51,312 nucleotides of DNA from Nitrospira japonica (lineage in GTDB: Bacteria > Nitrospirota > Thermodesulfovibrionia > Thermodesulfovibrionales > SM23-35), in assembly GCA_020725385.1 (NCBI GenBank), contig DYFC01000019.1, forward strand, positions 1-51,312. Reading direction: 5' to 3'. The notes beneath the pieces are model-generated. The model saw only the letters and a list, made by a program, of their open reading frames with translations, made no database searches and was not told where the DNA came from. A program made the position numbers and the translations under genes. Every line of letters begins with the position of its first letter. Position 1 is the stretch's first letter. This document shows positions 18,172 to 27,350 of the stretch, one piece after another.

Positions 18172-20376
18172 ATGAGAGATAAAATCAGAAAAAATATTAT
18201 TTTCTCAAAAGGAATGGCTTTATATTTGTTCTGCTTTTTTATATTGGGTTATACACTATTCAACACTACATTGTCGAATGCAGCAGAACCAGCAGGAAAG
18301 TTCACATACGTTGAAGGTAAAGTGGATGTACTCAGAGGTGGTTCACCACCAGCTATTGCTGCAAAAGTTCCTGATAATGTTTTCCCAGGGGATATTATAA
18401 GAACAAAAAGCAACTCCAAAGCAGAACTTATTATGAAAGACAACACTGTTCTTCGTATCGGTCAAAGGAGCAGGATCGATATTAGTGAATATCTTTCTGA
18501 TGAGAAAAATTACAAGAGTTCTATAAAACTTCAAAGAGGACAGGTCAAGGCAGTTGTTGATAAGAATGTCTCCAGGAGAATTTCTCTATCTCCTGATGCA
18601 AATAGATTTGAAATACAGACACCAAATGCAGTGGCAGGTGTTAGGGGAACAGAGTTTTTTGTAGCATATGAGCAGAATACAACAACGGTACTTTTAAAAG
18701 AAGGGGAGGTTTGTGTTTATAACATAAAATCACCTGATCATATAGTGTGTCTTCCACCTTCATATATAGTGACAATTACAGGTGCTTTGATTCCCCAACA
18801 ACCGCGAAAAGCAACAGAAACAGAAATGCGCATTTTTGAGACAGCAACAGAGCCCGGCGCTCCATTTTCAAGAGTTTTCCCTGAAAATATTATTGCTGAT
18901 AGACCCGAAATTATCGGTGGAGAAACAGACAAAGGTATAACTCGCCATCCTGAAATACTTTCTCTTGCAGAAACACCTACAAATCTAACCGATATGCCTT
19001 TAACTTTGCCTATAACAGATATAATTACTCCGGAACCAGGACCGCAACCTGTTTATGACAGGTTCAGGAGTGTTTTCAGTACAAATGTTTGGTCAGCGTA
19101 TCCGTCTAATTCTGACGGAAGCATTGGTGCTGCAATGTTTGGAAATACATCACCATGGACTTCTTCCTCTTCAGCCAAAATAACCGGTTCATATCTCACA
19201 AACAGCAATTCACCCCATATCTGGTTTGATAATAATGTTTATAGTTTCAATGGAAAAAATTCTACAAATACAACTCTTGATGGAGGTGCATACAGAGGAT
19301 TTCTCTCAGGAAAGGAAATTAATGGGTCTTCGGATGCAAGATTTAATGGTCTTTATATTGATCCGTCAGGAAATATAGGAATATTAAGAGGAAGCTTTAC
19401 AGGTACAACAGGAAATAACTCTATTGATTTAAACGGAGAACTTTCTGCAGTTCAACTTGGAACTTCTTCAATGAACGCCTCTGATTTTTATAATAATGTT
19501 TCATCCTTCAGCGCTCCATTCTCTGTAAACAGTGAAGCAGGAATAACAGGTTCCGGTATTTTTAACTCAATGAATATATCCGGGCAAAATGACTGGGGGA
19601 TAGCACAGATTGAACTGGGAGGTTCATATTCAGATACTCCTCAAAATTCATGGCTATTTGCCGCATCAGGTTCTGGCGGTGGTTTTACTTTTGAATCAGA
19701 TATAACAGGTTCACAATGGTCTTCTAACAGAGTATCCGGTTCTGCCAGAGGTTACTGGATAGATTCAAGAACATCTTCTCCTGCAACTGGAATTTATATC
19801 GGAGAAACAACAGGGACTTTCAATCCATCCGAGCATACATGGCAGACAATAACAACAGGAACATGGCTTGAGACAAGCAAGTTTTTACAAATGGCTTCAG
19901 ATGCAGCGGGAAGAAGCAAGCTCCAGCAGTTAAATATACCTGCTTTTGAAGTTGGAAGAACAGACCTTTCAGGTTCTTTAATTGCAGGTTCTGAGTCATC
20001 AATTGATTATGTAAGCGTTACAATGAACAATGTTGCATTTTTTGCTCCATCGACAGGTGGCAAACCTTCAATATGGGCAACAGATGATATTACAGGCCAG
20101 TATAATTTCAGCAATGGCTTCTTAAGCGCCGGTAATATTACAAATGCAGACAATACTTTTACTTTGAGCAATGGAGATAGCATTAGCGCGGATTTCCGTT
20201 TTACTCAATGGAATACCTCAAATAACACATGGTCTGCAAATATTTCTAATGGAACAGGCACCTTAAGCGGAGGTTCATACAATGGACCGGTTTCATTCAG
20301 AGGTGGAGCTGCTGGAACATTAACAGGCACAAACTCCGGCAATCTTTCAGGAACAGGAGCAGGAATTGTAAGGTAG
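18172..20376 (+). CDS. Secreted FecR-domain protein with a Gly/Ser/Thr/Asn-rich beta C-terminus (candidate exported cargo)
   Basis: Signal peptide; FecR motifs GDIIRT..A.L...D.T, TPNAVAGVRGTEF, EGEV; Pro/Thr linker; last strands GGAAGTLTG..GNLSGTGAG. Confidence 0.7.
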   Translation: MRDKIRKNIIFSKGMALYLFCFFILGYTLFNTTLSNAAEPAGKFTYVEGKVDVLRGGSPPAIAAKVPDNVFPGDIIRTKSNSKAELIMKDNTVLRIGQRSRIDISEYLSDEKNYKSSIKLQRGQVKAVVDKNVSRRISLSPDANRFEIQTPNAVAGVRGTEFFVAYEQNTTTVLLKEGEVCVYNIKSPDHIVCLPPSYIVTITGALIPQQPRKATETEMRIFETATEPGAPFSRVFPENIIADRPEIIGGETDKGITRHPEILSLAETPTNLTDMPLTLPITDIITPEPGPQPVYDRFRSVFSTNVWSAYPSNSDGSIGAAMFGNTSPWTSSSSAKITGSYLTNSNSPHIWFDNNVYSFNGKNSTNTTLDGGAYRGFLSGKEINGSSDARFNGLYIDPSGNIGILRGSFTGTTGNNSIDLNGELSAVQLGTSSMNASDFYNNVSSFSAPFSVNSEAGITGSGIFNSMNISGQNDWGIAQIELGGSYSDTPQNSWLFAASGSGGGFTFESDITGSQWSSNRVSGSARGYWIDSRTSSPATGIYIGETTGTFNPSEHTWQTITTGTWLETSKFLQMASDAAGRSKLQQLNIPAFEVGRTDLSGSLIAGSESSIDYVSVTMNNVAFFAPSTGGKPSIWATDDITGQYNFSNGFLSAGNITNADNTFTLSNGDSISADFRFTQWNTSNNTWSANISNGTGTLSGGSYNGPVSFRGGAAGTLTGTNSGNLSGTGAGIVR

Positions 20377-20418
20377 AAATATAATCTTAAGAGAATAAAA
20401 TTAGAGGAGTGATAAAAC

Positions 20419-23400
20419 ATGAAGAAGAATTTTAAGCATAGGTTTTTAATCTGTCTTTCCTTCATAATAAGCTTTTTATTTTTAACATGTACAGATAATT
20501 TGTTCGCGGATAATCCTGTTAACCAGAAAATCAAGCCACTGACAAATAAAATACAGTTGCCTTTTATTGCCAATGAAGGACAGATTGATAAAAGTGTCAA
20601 ATACTATGCACGCACTTTTAGCGGGAATGTTTTTATCACTAAGGACGGAGAGATTATCTACTCAATACCGCAAATAGAAAAAGAGATTGAAGCTAATGCA
20701 AAAACTTCCGGCCTGATAATAAAAGAAATATTCGCAGGTGAAACTTTAACCCCCTCTTTTAAAGGTGAAGGAAGAAGCACAAAAATTAGTATATTTAAAG
20801 GAAATGAACCTTCTAAATGGAAAAAGAATATACCATCATATCAGCAACTCAGTTTAGGAGAGATTTATAAAGGGATTGAACTTAAGTTAAAAGCTTATGA
20901 TGAAACAATCGAAAAAATATTTTTTGTAAAACCCGGTGCTAATCCGGATGCTATTAAACTTAAGATTGAAGGAGTACAAAAACTTAATGTTAATGAAAAA
21001 GGTGAACTTGAAGTCTATGTTGAAAACAATAAGATAATATTTAGTAAACCCGTTGCTTATCAGAAAAAAATAAATGGTGAGAAGGAAAATATTCAGGTTT
21101 CCTATCTTGCATATGAAAATCAATATAGTTTTAAGGTTGGAGATTATGACAAAAGCCGTGAACTTATAATTGACCCCTATGTTGGAGTAAAAATAAAAGG
21201 TTCTGCTGAAGACAGAGCTTATGCAATTATGACATATTTTGATGGTGATGTGAATCGTGTTTTTGTCGCAGGATATTCTTATTCGTTTGACTTCCCGGTA
21301 AATGGATTTTATGGAATACCGGGTATAAATGATGCCGATGCTTTTGTAGCAAAACTTTCTTATGATCTCAGTTGGGCTCAAAACATTGTTTTTATAGGAG
21401 GCACTGCAGATGATTTTGCATACTCAATTGCAATGGACAGCGCTCAAAATGTTTATATAGCAGGAACTACAAATTCTTCCAATCTTCCTCTACCTAATGC
21501 CAATGCTTATGATCAGGAAAGTAATGGAACAGATGCTTTTATTGCAAAACTTTCTTATGATCTTGATGACCTAATATCTCTTACATATCTCGGTGGAGTT
21601 TCACTTGATGCTGTTAATACAGATTCACTTCTAATAAATGGATATGATATTGTGGTAGCAGGTTATACAAATTCTACAGATTTTCCAACTCCTGACATTT
21701 ATGCATATGATAGAACACATAATGGAGGTGAAGACGTCTTTATTGCAATATTAAATACAGGTCTTGAAGGAGACCCGCCTACAAGCGGCCTTGAAAATTT
21801 AATAAGCTCAACTTTCTTAGGTGGTTCGGGTAACGAAAGACCATATGGTTTATCTGTAAGACAGGGATATAATGAATATTATGTTGCGGGTTATACAACT
21901 TCAAGTAATTTCCCAACAACCGGTAGCGCATATGATACATCTTATAATGGTGGGAGCAGTGATGCTTTTATATCAAGGATAATGAATCTGGGATATAGCC
22001 CTCTTCAATCTCTTGTTTCTTCCACTTTTCTTGGAGGAAATGGTACGGATGAAATTCACGGACTTATGGTAAGTGGCTCACCTGACTATTATGTATATGT
22101 AACTGGCAATACAGATTCTTCTAATTTCCCAGGTACATGCGATCACGGCAGTTGTGGCGGGATGGATGCTTTTATAGCTCGTTTTGAAAGTTTTCTTTCA
22201 AATAGTCCTACACCTGTATTTACAAAACTTGGCGGCACAAGTTCTGATTACCCGAAATCATTGATTTTAAACGGAGGTATGGTTTATGTTTCAGGAGTAA
22301 CCTATTCGAATGATTTTCCAACAACCATAAATGCTTTTGATCAAACATTCGGCGGGACTCATGGAACAAATTCAGATGGCTTTATATTAAGATATGACAG
22401 TAGTTTAGTGAATTTTGATGCATCAACATATCTTGGCGGGTCGTTAGATGATTTTGCGCCTGCAATTGCTGCAGATACTTCAAATAATATTTATGTTGCT
22501 GGAAGTACAAATTCTTCAGATTTCCCTACTACATTAAATTCAATCGGAAGGGCAAGCGGAAATTTTGAAGCTTTTGTTGCAAAATTTGATAGTATGCTCG
22601 TCGGCACTTCATGCATATATACACTCAATTCTGAAGAAACAACTATTACTTCAGGAGGAGGAAATTTCAGTATTAACATTACAACCACATCGGGTTGTTC
22701 ATGGGAAGCTTATACCGAGGATTCCTGGATAAATATAACATCAGGAAGCGGAACCGGAAGTGGAACAATAAATTATACAGTTGCTCCCAATTCAGGGAGA
22801 GTAAGAAAAGGTGTCATTTATATTGAAGGTAAGTATTTTGATATTTATCAAACAGGAGTCAATTCCGCAAGAATTACAAATCCTTCTAATAGTCATCAAT
22901 ATCAGAGATTTGATTTATTAAGAAGTTTTGACGGTGCAAAGTCTTATTGTGAAAGTCTTGGTGGTTATCTTGCTACAATTACTTCAACTGCTGAGCAAAG
23001 CTTTGTTTATAATAATTTGGTTTCAGGGATAAACATGGAGTTTCAAGAATGCTGGATAGGTGGTTTTCAAACTGCCTGTACACCGGAGCCTTCATGTGGC
23101 TGGCAATGGGTAACAGGTGAGACTTGGGGATTTACAAACTGGGGAGAATCTGAACCAAATAATGTTGGTGGGATCGAAGACAGCGTTTTGATGATAGGAG
23201 GCGGAGCATGGAATGACCTATACAAGCTGCATTTGAGAAGTTTTGTATGTGAATGGGATAGAACTTATGTGCTTACAGTAAGCAAAACAGGTACCGGTAC
23301 AGGCACTGTAACCAGTAATGAGACAACAAATCCGAAAATAAATTGTGGAAGTGTATGTGGCGCTATATATAATGCAGGTGAGAATGTAACTTTAATCGCA

Positions 23401-24744
23401 ACTCCTGGAACAAATTCTGAATTTAGCGGTTGGGATGGAGCAGGATGTAGCGGCACATCTTCCTGCACAATATTAATGAATGAAAGCAAAGCAGTAACAG
23501 CAATATTTACAAAAAACAAGTTTACTGTTACTCCTATTTTCGATGAACACGGGACAATGAATCCTTCAACACCACAACTTGTGAATTCAGGTGCAACAGT
23601 TCAATTTACCATAACACCAAATTCCGGCTATAGAATACAATCTGTAAGTGGCTCATGTGGTGGCACTCTTAATGGTAACACTTATACAACAAATCCTGTA
23701 ACAACAGATTGCGATGTAAGAGTTGTTTTTGCAAGTAATGTAATAAATATCTCAGCAAGTGCAGGCCCGGGAGGTAGCATAAGCCCGACTTCTGCTACAG
23801 TTAATTATGGTGAAACAGTTGAATTTATTGTTACACCTGATGACACATACCATATTTCATCTGTCACAGGATGCGGGGTAACAAAGAAGACAGGACAGGC
23901 AGCAGGCGCTAAAAAGAAAAAGAAACCAAAGATTACGGCAGCTTCCGAGACATATATAACAGCTCCAATAACAGAAACATGCACTGTCACAGCGACTTTT
24001 GCGATTAATACATTCACAGTTACTCCTCTGGCAGGAGAACACGGAAGCATGACTCCATCAACACCCCAGACAGTTAATTATAATGATATAATCACTTTCA
24101 ATGTAAAAGCAGATGAGGGCTATCACATATCATCAGTATCAGGATGCGATGGTACAGCTTATACAGAAGCTAAAAAGAAAAAGAAGAAAAAACTTCAAGC
24201 AGTAAGCGAATATGTTTATACTACAGGAAAAATAACAGGTGATTGTACAGTTGAAGCAACATTTGCAATTAATAAATATACAGTAACCCCGAAAGCAGGC
24301 GAACATGGGAGCATAAGCCCGTCAACACCCCAAAGTGTAAATTACAATGAGAAGGTTTCTTTTACTTTGACACCTGATGCTCACTATCACATTTCATCTG
24401 TCACAGGCTGCGGAGGAACCCTTTCAGATAATACATATACCACAGGAAACATTACAGGCGACTGTACAGTTGAAGCTAAATTTGGTGGAGATACATTTGG
24501 TGCTACAATTCAACAGACCGGTGGAAGTGGAACAATATCAGGCAATGGATTTTCTTGTGAAGGAAACACATGTTCGGGATCATTTGAATATGGTTCAAAA
24601 CTTGTAATTAAAATAAAACCTGATCCAGGATATAGGATAAAGGATATTAAGATAAATGGTGTTTCAATTGGTGCAATTTCTGTAATTACAATAAAACAGG
24701 TTTTGAGTGCTTATAACATCGAAATTATATATGAGCCAGTTTAA
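20419..24744 (+). CDS. Large secreted adhesin-like protein: SBBP beta-propeller repeats, BACON, C-type lectin, Ig-like repeats
   Basis: LPFIANEGQ N-domain; repeated VYIAGxTxSxxFP..DAFIAKL/TYLGG; CSWEAYTEDSWINITSGSG BACON; AKSYCESLGGYLATI..WIGG..NWGESEPN..WND..FVCE; four YxIxSVxGC..CTV/CDV repeats. Confidence 0.8.
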   Translation: MKKNFKHRFLICLSFIISFLFLTCTDNLFADNPVNQKIKPLTNKIQLPFIANEGQIDKSVKYYARTFSGNVFITKDGEIIYSIPQIEKEIEANAKTSGLIIKEIFAGETLTPSFKGEGRSTKISIFKGNEPSKWKKNIPSYQQLSLGEIYKGIELKLKAYDETIEKIFFVKPGANPDAIKLKIEGVQKLNVNEKGELEVYVENNKIIFSKPVAYQKKINGEKENIQVSYLAYENQYSFKVGDYDKSRELIIDPYVGVKIKGSAEDRAYAIMTYFDGDVNRVFVAGYSYSFDFPVNGFYGIPGINDADAFVAKLSYDLSWAQNIVFIGGTADDFAYSIAMDSAQNVYIAGTTNSSNLPLPNANAYDQESNGTDAFIAKLSYDLDDLISLTYLGGVSLDAVNTDSLLINGYDIVVAGYTNSTDFPTPDIYAYDRTHNGGEDVFIAILNTGLEGDPPTSGLENLISSTFLGGSGNERPYGLSVRQGYNEYYVAGYTTSSNFPTTGSAYDTSYNGGSSDAFISRIMNLGYSPLQSLVSSTFLGGNGTDEIHGLMVSGSPDYYVYVTGNTDSSNFPGTCDHGSCGGMDAFIARFESFLSNSPTPVFTKLGGTSSDYPKSLILNGGMVYVSGVTYSNDFPTTINAFDQTFGGTHGTNSDGFILRYDSSLVNFDASTYLGGSLDDFAPAIAADTSNNIYVAGSTNSSDFPTTLNSIGRASGNFEAFVAKFDSMLVGTSCIYTLNSEETTITSGGGNFSINITTTSGCSWEAYTEDSWINITSGSGTGSGTINYTVAPNSGRVRKGVIYIEGKYFDIYQTGVNSARITNPSNSHQYQRFDLLRSFDGAKSYCESLGGYLATITSTAEQSFVYNNLVSGINMEFQECWIGGFQTACTPEPSCGWQWVTGETWGFTNWGESEPNNVGGIEDSVLMIGGGAWNDLYKLHLRSFVCEWDRTYVLTVSKTGTGTGTVTSNETTNPKINCGSVCGAIYNAGENVTLIATPGTNSEFSGWDGAGCSGTSSCTILMNESKAVTAIFTKNKFTVTPIFDEHGTMNPSTPQLVNSGATVQFTITPNSGYRIQSVSGSCGGTLNGNTYTTNPVTTDCDVRVVFASNVINISASAGPGGSISPTSATVNYGETVEFIVTPDDTYHISSVTGCGVTKKTGQAAGAKKKKKPKITAASETYITAPITETCTVTATFAINTFTVTPLAGEHGSMTPSTPQTVNYNDIITFNVKADEGYHISSVSGCDGTAYTEAKKKKKKKLQAVSEYVYTTGKITGDCTVEATFAINKYTVTPKAGEHGSISPSTPQSVNYNEKVSFTLTPDAHYHISSVTGCGGTLSDNTYTTGNITGDCTVEAKFGGDTFGATIQQTGGSGTISGNGFSCEGNTCSGSFEYGSKLVIKIKPDPGYRIKDIKINGVSIGAISVITIKQVLSAYNIEIIYEPV

Positions 24745-24782
24745 TAGCAAGAAATACTATAAGAATGTGAAACAGGAGTATA

Positions 24783-25340
24783 GTGGCGGGAAATCTGAAT
24801 CCAATTTCTATAATTAAGAAATATTATCATCCTGATACGAGAGCATATTATTTTCTTGTCCATCATAGCTGGATGGTTTCTCAAAAGGCCTTAACAATTG
24901 CCAAAAGAATGAGTCACCTGACCCCTGACCTTAAATTTATCGAAGAGGCTTCTATGTTACATGATATTGGGATACTTGTTACCAATGAACCGTCAATAGG
25001 TTGCTTTGGAAATAAGCCTTATGTGTGTCACGGTTATTCGGGGAGAGAAATACTCGAGAATGAAGGATTACATCAACATGGTCTTGTGTGTGAAAGACAC
25101 ATAGGTGTTGGTATTTCACTTAAGGATATAAAAGAAAAAAGGCTGCCATTGCCTGAAAGAGATATGATACCTGTTACAATAGAAGAACAGATTATATGTT
25201 TTGCAGATAAATTCTTCTCAAAAAATCATGAATTCCTTCTCAAAGAAAAACCGGTTGAATTAGTGCTTAAAGGGATTTCAAAATATGGAGATGAGAAGCT
25301 GGAGATTTTCAAAAGCTGGTTAAAACTCTTTAAAGAATGA
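24783..25340 (+). CDS. HD(IG)-domain phosphohydrolase
   Basis: HS..VSQKA, MLHDIG, CHG, CERHIGVG, ICFADKFFSK; GTG start with SD AGGAG. Confidence 0.85.
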   Translation: MAGNLNPISIIKKYYHPDTRAYYFLVHHSWMVSQKALTIAKRMSHLTPDLKFIEEASMLHDIGILVTNEPSIGCFGNKPYVCHGYSGREILENEGLHQHGLVCERHIGVGISLKDIKEKRLPLPERDMIPVTIEEQIICFADKFFSKNHEFLLKEKPVELVLKGISKYGDEKLEIFKSWLKLFKE

Positions 25341-25375
25341 GCCCGGGCAGTTTTCTTAATTGGTAAATATAGCTT

Positions 25376-26386
25376 TCAATTTGAGCTCATTTTTATCTCG
25401 TAGCATTTATGCGCAAGTTCTATAAGATCATCTAATCCCCATGTTTGCCTGTCTGTCAGGTATTTTGTAAGACTTGAAGGTATTGCATCAATGCCGAGAA
25501 ATGCTCCACTGATAGCTCCTGCCATGGCAGCAGTTGTGTCAGTATCCCCTCCACCGGAAATTGCAGTACATATTGTTTCCATGTAATCATATGGATTCTT
25601 TAAAAAAGAATATAGACTCCAAAGAACACTGCTTACAACGTATCCTGAAATTCCTTTCCATTCATCATCATCGATAAACTCTTTGTCATATCCTGCTTTG
25701 GATATTTCTTCAAAAGCATCATTATATGATAGGTTCAACCATAAAGAAAGTTTTTTAAGTTCAGATGAGAATATATTAGAAATTCTTCCTGTCCATTCTT
25801 CAAGTTTCAAGAGAAAGTAGTTTTGGTCAAAAGTTTTTTGGGTTAATACAAGAGCAACAGCTCCGCTAATTGCAACAGCTCCTGCTGAACTTCTTGGATC
25901 TTGATGTGTTATTCTTCCTTGATCATGAGCTGCTTTGACAAGCATTTCTGGATTATCATAAAAAAATAATCCTATTGGCGCTGCTCTCATTGCACTTCCA
26001 TTACCAGCAGCAGGTGGAGGTGCACCTGATTCTTCCCATGAAATTCCTCTACAGAGTCTTTTTGCAGCTTCCTTTGTAGAGTATCCAAAAGCAACTATTC
26101 TTTTCTCTACAAATGTCATTGCAATCCTTCTTGCATAGTCAGCAGGGTCAAATTTTCTGCAGATAACGTAACTTTGCATTAGTTCACGTGCAAGTTGTGA
26201 ATCATCTGAATATTGTCCGAAAGAAAACGGTAATCTGCCAAGCTCTGTAGCAAGACCTGTTTTCAGATAATCTTCTACATAACGGATTGATGCCTGAGGA
26301 GAATAGCCCTCTGTAACAAATCCTGCAGCATCACCAAGACACTGTCCAATGATGCAACCGCTAAATTTATCTTTTAGCTCTACCAT
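25376..26386 (-). CDS. ADP-ribosylglycohydrolase (DraG/ARH family)
   Basis: GQCLGDAAG, GQYSDDS, GNGSAMRAAP, THQ, GGDTDTTAAMAGAISGA. Confidence 0.92.
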   Translation of the reverse strand: MVELKDKFSGCIIGQCLGDAAGFVTEGYSPQASIRYVEDYLKTGLATELGRLPFSFGQYSDDSQLARELMQSYVICRKFDPADYARRIAMTFVEKRIVAFGYSTKEAAKRLCRGISWEESGAPPPAAGNGSAMRAAPIGLFFYDNPEMLVKAAHDQGRITHQDPRSSAGAVAISGAVALVLTQKTFDQNYFLLKLEEWTGRISNIFSSELKKLSLWLNLSYNDAFEEISKAGYDKEFIDDDEWKGISGYVVSSVLWSLYSFLKNPYDYMETICTAISGGGDTDTTAAMAGAISGAFLGIDAIPSSLTKYLTDRQTWGLDDLIELAHKCYEIKMSSN

Positions 26387-27334
26387 CTATCTCTTGTAAA
26401 CTTCATCGAGTATTAACTTTGCACCTCTGGATAAGATATCTTCAGCAAGTTCAATACCGATTTTCTCTGCATCGGAAATATGACCTTTTTTATTCCCTTT
26501 AATTATCCTGTCACCTTCTATACTGCCGACAAGTCCGTCAAGTGAAATCTTATCCTGTTCTACAAATACTGCATGGGCTGCAATCGGAACCTGACATCCT
26601 CCTTCGAGTTTTTTTAAGAATGCTCTTTCTGCTTTTACACAAATTGCAGTTTCAAAATGATTCAAAGGCAATATTATTCTATTAACAAATTCGTCATCTT
26701 CTCTACATTCAATACCAATAGCGCCCTGTCCTATTGCTGGGAGGCTTACTTCAAATGACAGGAATTCTGTAATTCTGTTACCAAGCCCCAATCTTTTAGC
26801 ACCTGCAGCAGCAAGTATGATTGCATCATACTTGCCTTCGTCAAGTTTACGAATTCTTGTATCAACATTGCCTCTTAATTGTTCGATTATTAAATCAGGT
26901 CTTATATTTAAAATCTGGCAGGAGCGTCTTAGGCTGCTTGTCCCGATTTTTGCCTTATGAGGGATTGATTTGAAATTTTGAATCTTGAATTTTGAGCCCT
27001 GAACTCTTGATATAAGTACGTCTCTCGGGTCTTCCCGCTTACAGATTACAGCAAGATGAAGACCCTCGGGAAATTCTGTAGGAACATCCTTCATGCTATG
27101 CACCGCTATATCAGCTTCTTTTCTTAATAATGCTTCTTCTATTTCTTTGACAAAAAGTCCTTTACCACCAACTTTTGCGAGCGGTACATTAAGAATTTTA
27201 TCTCCAGTGGTTTTTATTTTATTTAATTCTATATTGATTTCAGGATAAAGTTTCTGAAGTTCGGCTTTAACAAACTCTGCCTGCCAGAGGGCAAGTTTAC
27301 TGCTTCTTGTGCCAATAATTATCCTATTTCTCAT
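26387..27334 (-). CDS. hemC: Hydroxymethylbilane synthase
   Basis: IGTRSSKLALWQA, GGKGLFVKEIE, HSMKDVP, IGTSSLRR, LRGNVDTR, LEGGCQVP. Confidence 0.97.
   Translation of the reverse strand: MRNRIIIGTRSSKLALWQAEFVKAELQKLYPEINIELNKIKTTGDKILNVPLAKVGGKGLFVKEIEEALLRKEADIAVHSMKDVPTEFPEGLHLAVICKREDPRDVLISRVQGSKFKIQNFKSIPHKAKIGTSSLRRSCQILNIRPDLIIEQLRGNVDTRIRKLDEGKYDAIILAAAGAKRLGLGNRITEFLSFEVSLPAIGQGAIGIECREDDEFVNRIILPLNHFETAICVKAERAFLKKLEGGCQVPIAAHAVFVEQDKISLDGLVGSIEGDRIIKGNKKGHISDAEKIGIELAEDILSRGAKLILDEVYKR
26968..27010. repeat. Degenerate heptamer tandem repeat inside hemC
   Basis: TTTTGAA TCTTGAA TTTTGAG CCCTGAA CTCTTGA, encoding the segment SRVQGSKFKIQNFK. Confidence 0.6.
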
Positions 27335-27350
27335 AAATCAAAAAAGTCTT

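Noticed and set aside
23911-23931. KKKKKPK as a nuclear localisation signal
   Set aside because: No evidence of a eukaryotic host or injection system; treated as a polycationic loop
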